DNA of 64,000 bases from NCBI RefSeq assembly GCF_964355755.1, contig NC_092675.1, positions 863,812 through 927,811 on the forward strand. The letters are read 5' to 3'. Under the pieces are notes generated by a model, which did no database searches, was not told the DNA's origin, and saw only the letters and a list, made by a program, of their open reading frames with translations. The stretch is from Antedon mediterranea. Taxonomy: Eukaryota; Animalia; Echinodermata. The first letter of the stretch is position 1, and each line of letters opens with the position of its first letter. A program made the position numbers and the translations under genes. Below, piece after piece: positions 25,801 to 39,014 of the stretch.

Positions 25801-28800
25801 ATTGGGGTTAATTGAATAAATACTATACTTTAACTTGAATGTATATGCACACATCCTTGGAATTAGAAGAAAATCATTTTGTTATCTGGCCATCTGCTTT
25901 CTCATGTCCTAGCAAGAAGACATCTTGTATCCCAGGGGGAAGTTATCAGACTCAACACCAGCTATGCTACACATGTATTAATAACAGGTGTGATAATGGA
26001 GGCTAAGGAATTCCAGGTGGCCATGCATGTGTGTTCATAAGCCATGTAGGTCAAAGGCCTAGCAGTGAATATTTCCTACCATGACTCTATGTCTCATTCA
26101 TGTGTTTTGTTTTGTTCATTGACCAAATTCTAGATTTAGACTAGAACAGGAAAGGGTCACCACAGGTATATGGCCTGTGATGGACAACAATGACAATAGC
26201 CTAAGCCTCACCATGATTGGAGACAATTTCAAAAATTTTAACCGAGATGTCTTGAAATGGGACGATTCTTGTATAAAGCTGACATATTCACCACAATTAA
26301 AACAAACATTTGATTGTTATACTTTTATTTATTTTACTTAATTTTTTTTAAAATAAATCAAGATAAACAGCAATTTTGGTAGTTCCAGAGCATTCCACTT
26401 GTATGTGTACACACATTTGATGTTGATTTTAAGCTTAATGATTAACAGGTGTTCTTGGCTTAAATAAGATATTCCAGGTGGCTTACTTCCTGATTGGCTC
26501 ATTAGAATACATTCAACTTTTTGTCCTGTAATGCACTTTGCATTTCAGTATTTTTGTTGTAAGGTATTTTAGAACAAAATCTTAAAACCTAATTTTCCTT
26601 TACTTTTTATAGTACTGCTATAGTTATTATCATATGTTTTGTGTATATCCTGTTTCTATAGTGAATTATGCATCCATATTTCTGGTTTGTTTCTGTTTCA
26701 TTGTTGATTATTATTATTGTTTGCTTTGTTAAAAAAAGTATATAACCAAATACAGGTGGTGACACAGTTCTGAAAGAACTTTCAGAACTGTTTTAATTTT
26801 TTCAAACTTTTTCTGAGACTGACCTGAAGAACAACTGATCTTTCAAGGATATCTCTGCTTGTTCTACATACTATTTTCTGTGAGTTTTAAAAATAAATTA
26901 GCATTTGTTAATTTAGCATTTATTTGTTTTAAACTCTCCCACAGGAATAAAGTTATTGCAATGTTTCATAATAGTTCAATTTGGAACAATTCTTTTTTTT
27001 TAATACATCTTAAATATATTTTAAAATTGGACAAATTCTTTAATTGAATTGCCATTTAATTGGAGGTATATATTTAGTACACTTCTCTTTCAATTTATGA
27101 TAAACAATACAACATAGGAAATATATAGAGTTATACTTATAGAGCAATTAGCATGTTTGCCTAAACTGTGATATTAATTATAGATACAAACAGGATTTAT
27201 GTAATAACGTCACTTTTTTTAAATGTCAATGCTGCAGCAGCATTATTAATTTATCTACAAAAAACTCTCCACAAAAAAAATTAAATTCACAAAATAATAT
27301 TGCATTGGGAAATGTATTTCAGACGTTTAGCTATTTACTTTACTTTCACTCTTCAAAAATGTTACATTAGGATAATTTTTTGATGAAGAAAAATTGCTCA
27401 AGGCTAAAATTCTCTCTCGGTCAAAGAAAAAATGCAGAGATTTATCTTTTGAGGTAATTATTAATACCTATAAATTGTTAAGAGTTTTCCAAAAGTTCAA
27501 ACTTCCAGACAAAAAATATTAGATGAGAAAATGTAACTTTAAGAAAATATTTTGTCTAGTTTAGTATTTGTTTCAACTTTCCTACCAAAAAAAATATCAA
27601 ATTTTAACTACTAAAATTGAAAATAAATATTTGATATAGGTCATTTATTTATCGAATATAAAATTGTTGAAAGAATTATCAAAATGTAAATTAAATTCTC
27701 AGCTTTAAATATACTTTTAAATTGATTTTGATTTTGAATCAACGTGTTAAAATCATTGATTTATTTGTTCATTGATTATTATATTTATCATGGATTTCAT
27801 AATTTATTTCTATAAAAATTTCTACATTTTATTTTTGATTTAACAGAAATATTATTAGCTATTTTTCATTTAGAGATTTTTTGTCCCCCTGAAAACATTT
27901 TTTGTTGAATATCCCATTTTAATGTCACAATTGACCAAAAATTGGATCAAAAAGAAAAATGATAAAAAACTGTTAAATTTAAAGCATGTTTTATGGGGGA
28001 AAATACATCTTTGCAAGTTAAAAGTTGTCTTGTTTATTCTCTGTAAGTTATGTTGTCAATATTTTGGAATTATTTGTTTGTTTTTTTCAGTTATTTAGTA
28101 AAGTCATTTAAGGCACATTTTGGCCATCTCAGGATCTGTGTGTTTATCATTGTAAGATGTTCATTCATATGCCTCAATCTGCCAAAGTAAATTCATTTTT
28201 CTTTCACAGTCCACATTTTTGCAAAACCGACTCACCAATATAGAGAACAATATATTCATACCTATACAATGTGTAATTAAACTTCACTGTAAAAATAGGA
28301 ACTTTGGCCAAGGAAGAAATACCATATACGGTACCTTTTATCATATATAGTGTACCTCAGACAAGAATCTGAATTCAGGTCAAGTTCAACTTATTAAGAC
28401 AGGGTTGTTCTTCACTGGGTCCTTGTTATATTTGTAAAATCAATATAGTACTGTATAAAGTTGGCAATGAAAAAATGATTTGGGTGTTATTTGTCAGATA
28501 TCAATTTGATTAAGGGAGAACATGATTTTTGGAATGTTTCCAATTTGATTTAATGAATTTGATAAAAGTTATGAAACTGTGGGGAGTTGTAAACCAATGG
28601 ACAGTTGGCTCATGCTCAAATGGTAACCTATCCTTTACTGATTGATGATCTTTAAAAAGACTTTAAAAAAGAAGATATCCATAATTCATCTATGTTCTCC
28701 CTAATGTTCTCCCTACAGGTTTGAATGCCATTGCACTCATTAAATACATTGATCATTTTAAACTATTTCCACAGGGATTAGAATTTGTTAATTGATGTAT

Positions 28801-28915
28801 TAATAATGTAAAGAACCCAGCAGCATTGTTTTAAAATTATATATTACCATCATTCTAAAGCTTTTTTGGACAACTTTTGTATGTAGATGTCCACTTTTTT
28901 TACTTTGACTTTTAG

Positions 28916-29000
28916 AAATTACTAAGATTTAGAGAGAAATTAGAACAAATTGAGGCTAGAATAAGTGTTAGAGATGTTATGTAAGTAAGAGCAAATTCAG
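28916..29000 (+). other. Candidate non-coding 5'-UTR exon (85 nt)
   Basis: Pyrimidine tract ttttttactttgacttttag ends at 28915; purine-rich body; consensus donor CAG|GTAAGT at 29001 and a second GTAAGT at 28981. Confidence 0.35.
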
Positions 29001-32000
29001 GTAAGTCTTGTTTAATTTTGGTTACTGTATTTATTTGAAGGTTTGGGTTGTGAGAATAAGTATCAAACAGCCGAAGAATAGCGATACCAAGTTATCTCAT
29101 TGACACAATTTTGGGAATACAGCGATCATGCTTGGCCACAGTGGATGATGTGGGACAATGCATGTAAAAAAGAAACTGTGCAACTTAATGTGGAGTGTGG
29201 GCCATTGCGTAAAATAGCATGCAGTTCAAGACAATTTCAAGACATTCTTGATTTTCAATTTTTCAATGAATGCGCAGTTTCTAAATTATAAACGTATAGG
29301 TTGCGCATGGTCAAGTTTAAACATTTTTCTCACATCCGTCTGTCCCAATTTAGGCAATTCTTAGTCCAGAGGTGATGACCTTGAATTCTGGTATTCCACG
29401 TTTGAAAGATTTTTTGGGGTTATTATTATGAACATTCACACAAAACGTGGCGCAAAAGTGGGAATAGGCATAAATCTGCTCAAGATAGATACAGATTGTA
29501 TGTGGAACAATCGCACGTAGTTTTCTGCTTATTTAATACTGCTCGTCTGTGAAAATTGGCTTTACATTATCACAAAATCAAAATAGGTTTAATTATAGAG
29601 CTGGTATTTTGTCAGAATTGTATGTAATGCATTGCATTGTAGGCTTGATAGAAAATTGTGTTGTCTACTTCTTTCCAAGTAATCCTGATGCTTTTTTTTT
29701 GGCAGATAAAATAAGAAAATATGGACAAAGACAAGATGTTAATAAGTCTCATTGGCGAGTAATAAATGTCAATGCCAGTGTAATGCATTCGGGAAATATA
29801 TAGGACCGGCTCATACTAGCCATCGTGCAATCAAAGAACGTCATGGTTTCTGAGTCATAATGTCTATGTCTTGTCATGTAAAAATTATACGTTTCTTCTG
29901 TATGTGCTGTACCATCAATTCAAATATTCATTTCATCAAGTTTGTGCAATATACCTTTGATTTAAGTTTCACAATCACAGTTTATAAAACAATCAAACTT
30001 TACAGATAATAAATCTTTATCATTATTATTATTATTATTCTTTATTTGGTCCAATATATAAAATCATACATCAGAAATTCCTGTTATATACACTGCAGAG
30101 ATAGTAACAAATATACAAAATACAAATCAATATAAAATCACATACAATATCATCATACCCTGATCGTACATATTTGTTATTTAAAATGTTAGAAATTATT
30201 GTTTGAAGGAATTTTTTACATAAATTTAAATGTGTATAAATAGCATGATGTTTGATTTCTCAGAAAATGTTGTTTCTTTTTAAAAATTAAAGTGTCTAGT
30301 ATAAATAATAATAAATAATGTAAAGTGCCTTACTTTAAACCAGTGAAGCAAGGGAGTAGGAACCCAGTTTGTCCTCCTGCCACAAAAAAATTAAAACACG
30401 CAGAAACTGAGTGAAGTACTTGCCACAGATGACGCATGTTGATATTAGAATTGATATTATTAGAATTTATTGATAAAAGAATACAAATATTTCTTTTTTT
30501 AAGTTATTGATAAACCGATTTTCTTGAATTTCATGTTCTGTAAGTATGTACCTATATACAACAATATTTTCAGAATAATAACTTAAAAGTTGAAATCATG
30601 ATAAATAAACATAGAAAGCAAGTACTAAAATTCTATTTTGCCAAGTAAATATTGAAAATTACAATTTAAAAGATAGGCATAGGTTAAGTTTAGCACTTAA
30701 TTTCATAATGTTTAGGTCCCAGGCCTCCCCATTTCATAATCATGTACAAACGGTTTCACTTCTCTAGCATTGTCTGTAGCAACATTTCAAGTCTTTGTAA
30801 TCAACCAATAAAAACAAGATATTAAAATGAGGTCGATGTATTATAACTTTTCGATGAATATTTTAGTTTTTTATGCGGCAAATGCTTTAATAAAAACATA
30901 TCTACGATGTAAAATCTGATATAAAATTGATCACTTAATTCTTAGAAAGAAATCTCATTAAAATGTAATAAAAATGTGTCATTACCTTTTATGTAGTATG
31001 GTTAACAACTGCTGTCTTTTATTCTGTAGAAATCTGTTATGCAATTGTGCAGGTAAAAGTTTATGAAGATAAAAGTTAAAAACTAAGCATAAAAATTAGT
31101 AAAGTATTGAAATATTAATTTTTAGTTATTAATTATTACTTAGTTATATTAGTATTGACATAAATAATTATATTACATTATGCAATTATTATTATTAAAC
31201 ATTTCTTTAAAAGAAACATAATCATAAGAAACATAATCATATTTAGATCTTAAATTTAAATCATTTTAAAATTTGTTTTCTTATACCATTTAGTCTGACT
31301 CTGAGAAAAATTAAAACATATCAACACTAATAATTATATACCAGTGACAGGTTGATATTATTTTTAAAAGAAGGCCATATATACATGACTGCAGTTGCGT
31401 ACACAAATTTGAGTTAGTGTTTACTAACCGACGAACCGACAGACATACATCTGTAAAGTCTACTGAACTAAAAATTGTTTGAGGTCTCAATTCTTGAAAC
31501 ACATCTAATTTTGTCCCAACAATAGGCTCTGGTCTTGTTGCAACTGACTGTGTGTCACATGGTATTTGTATAATAGTAAATATTCGATTTTGATGTCTTA
31601 TAGTTATGCATCTTGTTTACTGGTGTTTTGATTCTACTAATTTGCAAGATGAATCATTTCATTCAAGGTCTAACCACAAAGGGATCTCATCTTCAGGTTA
31701 TTAATATTCAAATAAACATGACTTCTCACCTCATTTATTAGCTATGATTTAATTCAGTTGGGGTTATCAGTTCATCTTTAGACAGGTGTTGAAGGAAAGA
31801 GATAATAGTAATATTTACAAGCAAAAAGAATTATTACAATTTAGTTTAATATTAATATGGAAAATGCAATCAATTTTAAGCTAATTAGGTTTGTTTTTTG
31901 ATATATAAAGTAATCATTAACAAATTTTATCTAATTTTAATCTATATATTTGATGCCCATATTTCATGTAGAATTTAGAAATTACAAAATAATAAAAGTT

Positions 32001-32163
32001 AATGATATGGCACACTTCTTTTTTATAAACAGTACATTTTTCATATTCCATCGTGTTTGATAGGTGATGTGCTGTGGCTGTTCATAAATTGGCGTATAAT
32101 AATGAGATATACATTTTTAAAAACTGTTTTATAATATATTTTTAAATGTAGTATCACGTTCAG

Positions 32164-32260
32164 TATACCCCTTTCACATCGCCAAGCAAACCGCTGGATA
32201 ACCGGTGCTCTGTGTTGTGTAGGCCCCGGTGTGTGTAAACTTCGGAGTAAAAGAGGTATA
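32164..32260. mobile_element. Small MITE remnant
   Basis: TATACCCCTTTCAC ... GTAAAAGAGGTATA imperfect TIR; similar ends at about 53020 (tatacccttttcacatc) and 50806 (tgcccctttcacac). Confidence 0.45.
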
Positions 32261-33070
32261 AAGATCTTTGTCACTGTACTCAGCTTTCCAGAGGGCTTCC
32301 TCACATTATTCTTTACTGATGTACATATAACTTAAGAGCATAAAAGTCAACCCAAATGAATGCTAACCATTAATTCTCCCCTTCCTTCCTATACTTTAAA
32401 TGAATACTTGTTGACTATGAGTCCCACGAGACTTGTATATCCCTCTGTTTTTTGTACCTGTAGAGAAAACAGGAAGAATTTATAACAAACTAGCAGCCTT
32501 GATTGATCTCAGTAGATATATTTTGAAGTTTATTTCTAAAGTGTTCTAGTTTTTGAAACACAAAGCTGGCAAAAGATTGCCCAGGCTAATACTATTGAAA
32601 AGTTTGTATCATGGTTATTACAAAATTGTATTACCCTAAGGAATTAATGTATCTATAAATAACCGGCTCACATTACTTTCTTTAAGTTTTTATACTATTT
32701 ATATAATTCTATTACTTTAAGGAATTTGGCATTAATATATGAAATCATGTGTTCTAGTTTTTGGAGCAACACAAAGGTCGTCACATTTTTAAGAACCCGG
32801 AACATGCTGTTTGCGCCAGAAAATCCTAATATCCAGATAATCGTTCACAAAAACTGAAAGGCACCGAATAACAATTACATTTTTTGTGCGAACACAGTAT
32901 GATTTGCATAGAATAGGTCAATGCATAGTCTTGAAATACTGGTGCGTAACCCTGCAAATTTGCCGGGTCAACTCTGGCCCCCAAAACCTGGTTAAATCCA
33001 GATGGACAACCATTAAAAACTTGTTAAGGAGTGATTAATTTAACGTCTCCGGAAATTCCAGTTTCCTAAA

Positions 33071-33186
33071 TGCACAGATATAGCTGGTAGAATGTGTCCT
33101 GGACCTGACAGCACAGTAGCTGGTAGAATGTGTCCTGGACCTGACTGCACACATAGCTGGTAAAATGAGTCCTGAACCTGACTGCA
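33071..33186. repeat. ~36-bp tandem repeat, 3 copies
   Basis: tagctggtagaatgtgtcctggacctgac... at 33081, 33117, 33154. Confidence 0.9.
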
Positions 33187-33551
33187 TTTTGTTAGGCTAC
33201 TTTAGTATACTATTTATAAATACTGTATTAATACCTTAAGATCCCTTGAAATATCTTTCTATGAATAGTAAATTGTATGCTGTCTCTTGTGTATGCGTTA
33301 TATGATGTTCAAATAATACTTCAAAACTTACTGGTAATCTGTTTTTACAATATCTTTGGCTTCGCACACTTTTTAAGTAACACATAATTATAGTTGAGGA
33401 CTAAAATGGATATCTGGTTATTTTTGTATCATATGGGATTTATTTTTTTTTTAAAGTGGATAGTAAATATTTTTTGTTTTCTTTGTTAAATCTTTATTTT
33501 AGTTAAATTCTTTTGCATGTTGTTGAGTTGTTTTTATTTTTAGATATTGTT

Positions 33552-33655
33552 TTTGGACAAGTCATAAGACATTATAGTTTGGACAAGTCATAAGACATTA
33601 TAGTTTGGACAAGTCATAAGACATTATAGTTTGGACAAGTCATAAGACATTATAG
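33552..33655. repeat. 26-bp tandem repeat, 4 perfect copies
   Basis: (tttggacaagtcataagacattatag)4. Confidence 0.95.
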
Positions 33656-34791
33656 TTTTTGTTGTACCAGAGTTTCTAACATTGTAATGTCTAATCAAAG
33701 TAGTTTTAAAAGAACTTAAAACTATACATACATATCCTAAGGATATGTTACTTGAAGAGCCTGGTATAATGTTGTAATGTCATATTTTGTTTAAGTAGTT
33801 TCAAAAGAACTTAACATTTGATAACTGAAGATGTGTTGCAGACCCTGGTAATGTTGTCACATCAGCTTACCCCTGTACTTCCTGTGGACAAATACAGGCC
33901 TATAATAAAGCATTAAGGAAATACAGTTAAGTTTTAAAGTGACTCATGAACAATTCAAGAAATCCTTAGCAACACTTGAAAACAAACTGCATACACAAAA
34001 AAAATAGAATGAAAAAAAAAACAGTTATTAAAGGAAATATACACGGATAGATCTTGCTTGTGAATCACTGTCCGTAGTACAATGTCCCAGTTACTGATGG
34101 TTATCGTTGTAAAGAAAATCTAATTTCTGTCAACGATAACGACGTTGGCGGCAGAGGTGAAAAGGCTTACTCGACATTGTAATTGATTGAATTATATAAG
34201 AGGAATCTAGACTTGAAATGATTTCTAGTTCAATATCAAAGTTAGTTTCATTTTTTTGTATCTGTGTATGTGAGGTATTTCACAAATCTAATTATGTTGC
34301 AATGACAGTTTTTTTATTTTACAAAATGTTTTCAATAATTGAAGATATTTACTTCTTTTATTGTTATTTATTTCCAAAGAAAATGTTGATGTTTTAAATT
34401 TATTGTAAGTGTTCTAGTCCAGGAGTTTGTAGCTGCAATAAAGTACAATTCTGCAGACAGATAAATAAATATCTGGTCCTTACTTAAAAGTAATTCTAAT
34501 TGAAGATCAACATTTTGAAAGACCATTAAAACTATAATCTTTCATTGTTGGAGACTTACCAATTTTAAGGTCAGAGGTTCAAATCTTTTCCTTGTCTTTA
34601 AATTTAATGTGAAGATTACTTTGCTACTACGTTCTACCTCAATTTCTGATTGAGGGTTCTGCTTTTTATTAGGTTACAAAACCCTGTATAATTGGTACTA
34701 TTTTTTTATACAGTGTCAAGAGATAAGATCGATATTTGTAACAATATTAATTAAGGTGTTTTTTTGTATTTTATAGGTTTTTATTTTACAA

Positions 34792-34824
34792 ATGAAGCAT
34801 AATGATAAGACCTCCTATGGATAG
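34792..34824 (+). other. Out-of-frame upstream ORF (MKHNDKTSYG*) overlapping both ZMIZ start codons
   Basis: ATG at 34792, 10 nt before the main ATG, and TAG at 34822-34824, all inside the spliced exon. Translation is not demonstrated. Confidence 0.5.
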
Positions 34825-34867
34825 GCATATCCAACAGACTAACAACAGACTCCTATGCATTAAAGAG
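34802..34867 (+). CDS. ZMIZ1: ZMIZ1/ZMIZ2-family protein, first coding exon (exon 34777-34867 including 25 nt of 5' UTR)
   Basis: Translates to [22 protein letters not shown], matching the recalled human ZMIZ1 N-terminus [20 protein letters not shown]. T-rich acceptor ...gtattttatag ends at 34776; phase-0 donor GAG|GTAAGG at 34868. A second in-frame ATG lies at 34817. Confidence 0.93.
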
Positions 34868-34960
34868 GTAAGGATTTAGATGAATTCAGCTGAAGTTATT
34901 AATTTAAAGCCTTTATCCAGTTTATTAGAATATAATAAATCTCCACTTTTATTTATTGTA

Positions 34961-35280
34961 AGTTCCTAATTAGAATTAGATTAATCAATTATAGTTAAAA
35001 ACGAATAATCATAGTTAATGTTTACTGTGTCATCAAATGTGAATTAATTAGAATTAAATTAGGTTACTATAGTTTATTGTGACAACAAAAGTGGTCCTTA
35101 ATTAGAATTAAATTAAGTCACTATAGTTATGTTTATTAAGACACCAAAATTTGTTCCTAATTAGAATTAAGTCACTATAGGTTAAAGTTTATTGGGAACC
35201 AAAATTAGTTCTTATTTAGAATTTAATTAATTAGTCATTATAGTTTGTTTATTAAGTAACCAAAAGTGGTCTCTAATTGG
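34961..35280. repeat. Degenerate tandem repeat (~55-80 bp spacing, 5-6 copies) just downstream of the first coding exon
   Basis: Recurrent cctaattagaatta...agtcactatagtt...gtttatt...caaaagtg blocks. Confidence 0.75.
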
Positions 35281-36669
35281 AGATAATTTTTATTAAAGTT
35301 ATACTGTATTTCAAATCATGCATCAAATAATTGGGTGGAGATAATTAGTATGAAACGATTATTACGTTTAAATTAGAATCTACTTAGGTCCATTAAAAAT
35401 TTAATTCTAAATTTATATTAGTAAAGATAATAGTAATAGCATAATGTGTTTAGTTGACACTTTATCTTGTTTGAGTTTCCCATCATAAGCTAAACTTACA
35501 TTGTGTTTTTGTCCTGAAGTTTCATTATATTTCAACCAAATTAGGTAGTAAAAATTGATCTATCAATTACTTGTAAACAACCTTTTTCCTTGGCAAGCTG
35601 TGTTTAATGAGATGACGGGACAGATGAATTAAAGAATGATTTTAATTCTTCACAAACTAGGGATTTTACTAACCGTAGAGTGTAAAAACTATAAATGTTT
35701 CACAGATAAATTTGTTATTTTGTCGAGAGTGTAGTGTTTTCATTCAAAGCAGATGCTTTACACAAAGTTGACAGTTATGATGGTATTCAGACGCAATCAT
35801 TGAATCATAGCTTATCAAAAGTAAGGTGACTTGGACGGGAGCGAACCCACAACTTCCTGACTCACTAGTGGCCAGGAGGTCATTGGATTCTTGCTCAATC
35901 TTGTCTAGTACTATAATGTTCTTTCTCACAAACCGTATTCATAAATGTTCAATGGGTATTTCATGTCAATGGCCTTTTGACCATCATGGTGATGACATAA
36001 GTATGACGTTTAATGTAAATCTATGCAATAAAATGTTGAAATTAAAGTCATTTATCTGTTTGCTATGCTTTTGTATGCATTATGCATCGAGTCCAATATG
36101 CAGATTATTAATGTCAATTTTTTACATTTTACAATTAGTGTTTGAATGAATATGGTTAACAGCCTTATAATAATAATACTCCGAGTGAATGTAAAAAGTT
36201 ACATTAAAAAGTGGGTGGGAAAAAATTACCTAGAGTGTTCATGGCTAGGTAATGTGTTGAAATTAAATAAGCTAGGCTGAATGGAAGACCGCCTCCACAC
36301 AGTACAAATAGTATTAATACAAATGCTTAAACCATCATTTTCTTAGACAAGTTTAGTCAGTTCTATAAGACAAGGTATTAAGGTATTGTAATTAGGGTTA
36401 GAAAATCTGAAAATGAATAAGTTTACCGTAATAGAAAAGGTTTTGTTGATTCATTGCTGAATTTTACTTTCTTATGTACTCTGTTATAAAAAGTTATAAT
36501 GTTGTATGAATGTCATGTTGTCAGCCATGTCATTCATCATTTCTCCAATACATGATCAATTTGAATTCATGTCAATCATAATAATCTCAATTAAGTTATG
36601 ACTTAAAAAAAACTAACTAAAGTTATTTTAAGATTAATAATGTTTGCTTTATATTTATCTTTTTTCCAG

Positions 36670-36783
36670 CAACTTTGTGACATATCTACATTCCAGGCCG
36701 CAGCAGTAGAATTGTTGGAATGGTGTGAAGATCCCAGAGCATTTCAGTCATCTTTTGAGGCCTCGCTTATTGCGTGTTTAACT
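36670..36783 (+). CDS. ZMIZ1: ZMIZ1/ZMIZ2-family protein, second coding exon (114 nt)
   Basis: [38 protein letters not shown] versus human [38 protein letters not shown]. Acceptor tctttttccag, donor ACT|GTATGT, phase 0-0. Lies inside supplied ORF 36640..36870. Confidence 0.96.
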
Positions 36784-37103
36784 GTATGTATATTTCTATT
36801 GATGTATTATCCATTTCTCCCTTCCCCCTCAAATACTGTACACAAATTAACATTTATATTAACTCGCTGATGATATTAAGAACCATAATAAATGTTACAT
36901 AAAAAAATTGTTTATTCAATTCTTCTTCAAATAATATCCATTGACTGCCAGTATTGAGTTTTTGAGGTAATTATTATAAATAAATTGTCCTCACAATGCA
37001 GTACAGTATAATGTTCAGGCATTTTTTAAACTCTAACTAATAAATTTATCTTATCTTTTGAATTTAACTTAATAAGTTTTGCTTTTTCCCCTCCTGATTT
37101 TAG

Positions 37104-37209
37104 GTTGTAAGTCAAGTCTCTGCAAAAAATGGTTACGATTTAGATATTGGGTATCGACTCCTTGCTGTGTGCGCATCACACAGAGAAAAATTTTCACCAA
37201 AGTCGGCTG
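37104..37209 (+). CDS. ZMIZ1: ZMIZ1/ZMIZ2-family protein, third coding exon (106 nt); gene continues downstream
   Basis: [35 protein letters not shown] versus human [35 protein letters not shown]. Acceptor cctcctgattttag, donor CTG|GTAAGT, phase 0-1. Confidence 0.96.
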
Positions 37210-38674
37210 GTAAGTGAAACTTCTCTTTCTCAATTGTTAGACCAGTCACTGTTCTTATAAAAAATGGTTTCCTTCAATGTTCTACATCAATCGGATGAGT
37301 TATAAAGTTGTTGTTTGGATTTGGCACATGTACATAAAAAAGAAGTTAGAAGATTTAAAAGAGTAAGTGATGATTTCTCATTTGTGTAGATCTGGATCTT
37401 TTCTGTGCCTGCTATTATTCTGTGTCATGAATATCTTATTAATTCGTACTTTGGCATTATAAGTATTACAAATTATTAATATCAATTCATTACTCTTATT
37501 CTCCTCCTCGTATGCATTCAAACCTGACCTGTAACATTAAAATTTTCATTTAAAACAAATATCTTGTGCATTGTACAGTAAATTAGAGAACCATGCAGTA
37601 GAGGAAATGCCGCCCTCTATATGCTAGACATTTGACAACCTGCAATTTCAGAGTTTATCTTCGCTCAAGTAAGAATATGAGATGAAAAGTAGACTTAATT
37701 GACATGAACAAATCTATATTTCATGCACAGGACATCTTGATGATTCATATGTACAAATTGATGTATAAACTTACATGGGCTTTGTACTGTAGATAGTTTA
37801 CTATTGCATGCAACGGATCATATTTCATGTTTTATTAGATAATTGTGAAATATTACAACTTTTAGAGAGGTAGTTGAAGTAGATGATGGGATTATGTTAT
37901 ACGATTATATGACAGGGTTGCATGATAGGTTATAAGGTGTTGATAATACTAGTTATCAGCTATTGTTTGTAATATTCATTTTCCTTGTGATTTGCATACC
38001 AGATGAATCTTTTTATTGAGAAAAGCAACAATTAAATGTAAAAATATATTTACTACTGACATTTCAAGCTAGCGCTGAATAGTAAATGTTTGTTGATACA
38101 TATGTTTGTGTAAATGTCACACACTATTTGTTGTAGCCAATTAATGTGTTGCCCAGGCTTGTTTTACTACGTGAACATATTTACCTAACGAACCAACCTT
38201 TGTACTACCTTTGTAAAGATCAATACATACTTTTCAAAGAAATAATTTAGATTTACTTTTTCCAGTTGTTTTGGTTCATGCTAGCAATATTGGCCAATCA
38301 ATAGCGACTATGATCCGTCAGTTGTGATTGGTCAAATTACTTGTGGTGTGTATGCACATGTCTTATTTCCAAATGTGAACAAGACCTTTATGTTTTATGT
38401 TGATGACGTGTTAGACGAAAACAATAATATTTTGTATGATTAATAAATAATTCTTGATTTTATCAGGTTCAAGTAGATTGTGTACCCAGACTGTTACCTA
38501 GACTAAAGATTTAGATCTTAGAGCAATCTGTCAATACGATTCAGTCCTTTAAATCAAGGAAACCCTACATTTTTTAAGACCATGATTCATTTTATGGCCT
38601 ATCTACCATAGAACATATTCTTAAAGAAAGTTTTAATGTGGATAACCTTCCACAAAATAATGGCACTATACTTA

Positions 38675-39014
38675 GGGCCTGTTCAGAACTACGGAGATAT
38701 TTTTCCTACTACGCGGTGTACAACTCCATATCTGAACCAGGAAAAGATTGGTGGAAGCCACTTCTAACAGCAATGATATTTTGTTTGTTATGGCGGGCAG
38801 CTCAGGGTACAAGATTAGTGAATGACGCTTACAATACGAAAGTCATGCATCCAAAATGTTAACTTCCAACCAATCAAATTTACTACCCCTGCATACCAGA
38901 TGTTTGCCCAAATCGGTGACCCTTCAGTTCTAACGAAGGCGTTAGTTAAGCGAGTCTGAACACTTTTCTGTTATGATGCTAATTATAATATGACATGGAT
39001 CTGAACATATCCTC
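38675..39014. mobile_element. Degenerate Harbinger-like MITE
   Basis: TTA-GGGCCTGTTCAGA at left; decayed TCTGAACATATCCTC-TTA at right; internal tctgaac repeats. Confidence 0.45.

Noticed and set aside
2740-29600. CpG-richer patches at about 2740-3150, 21560-21950, 24370-24730 and 29040-29600
   Set aside because: Probably old transposon fragments, but I could not define ends, TSDs or family; not supportable as promoters or genes.
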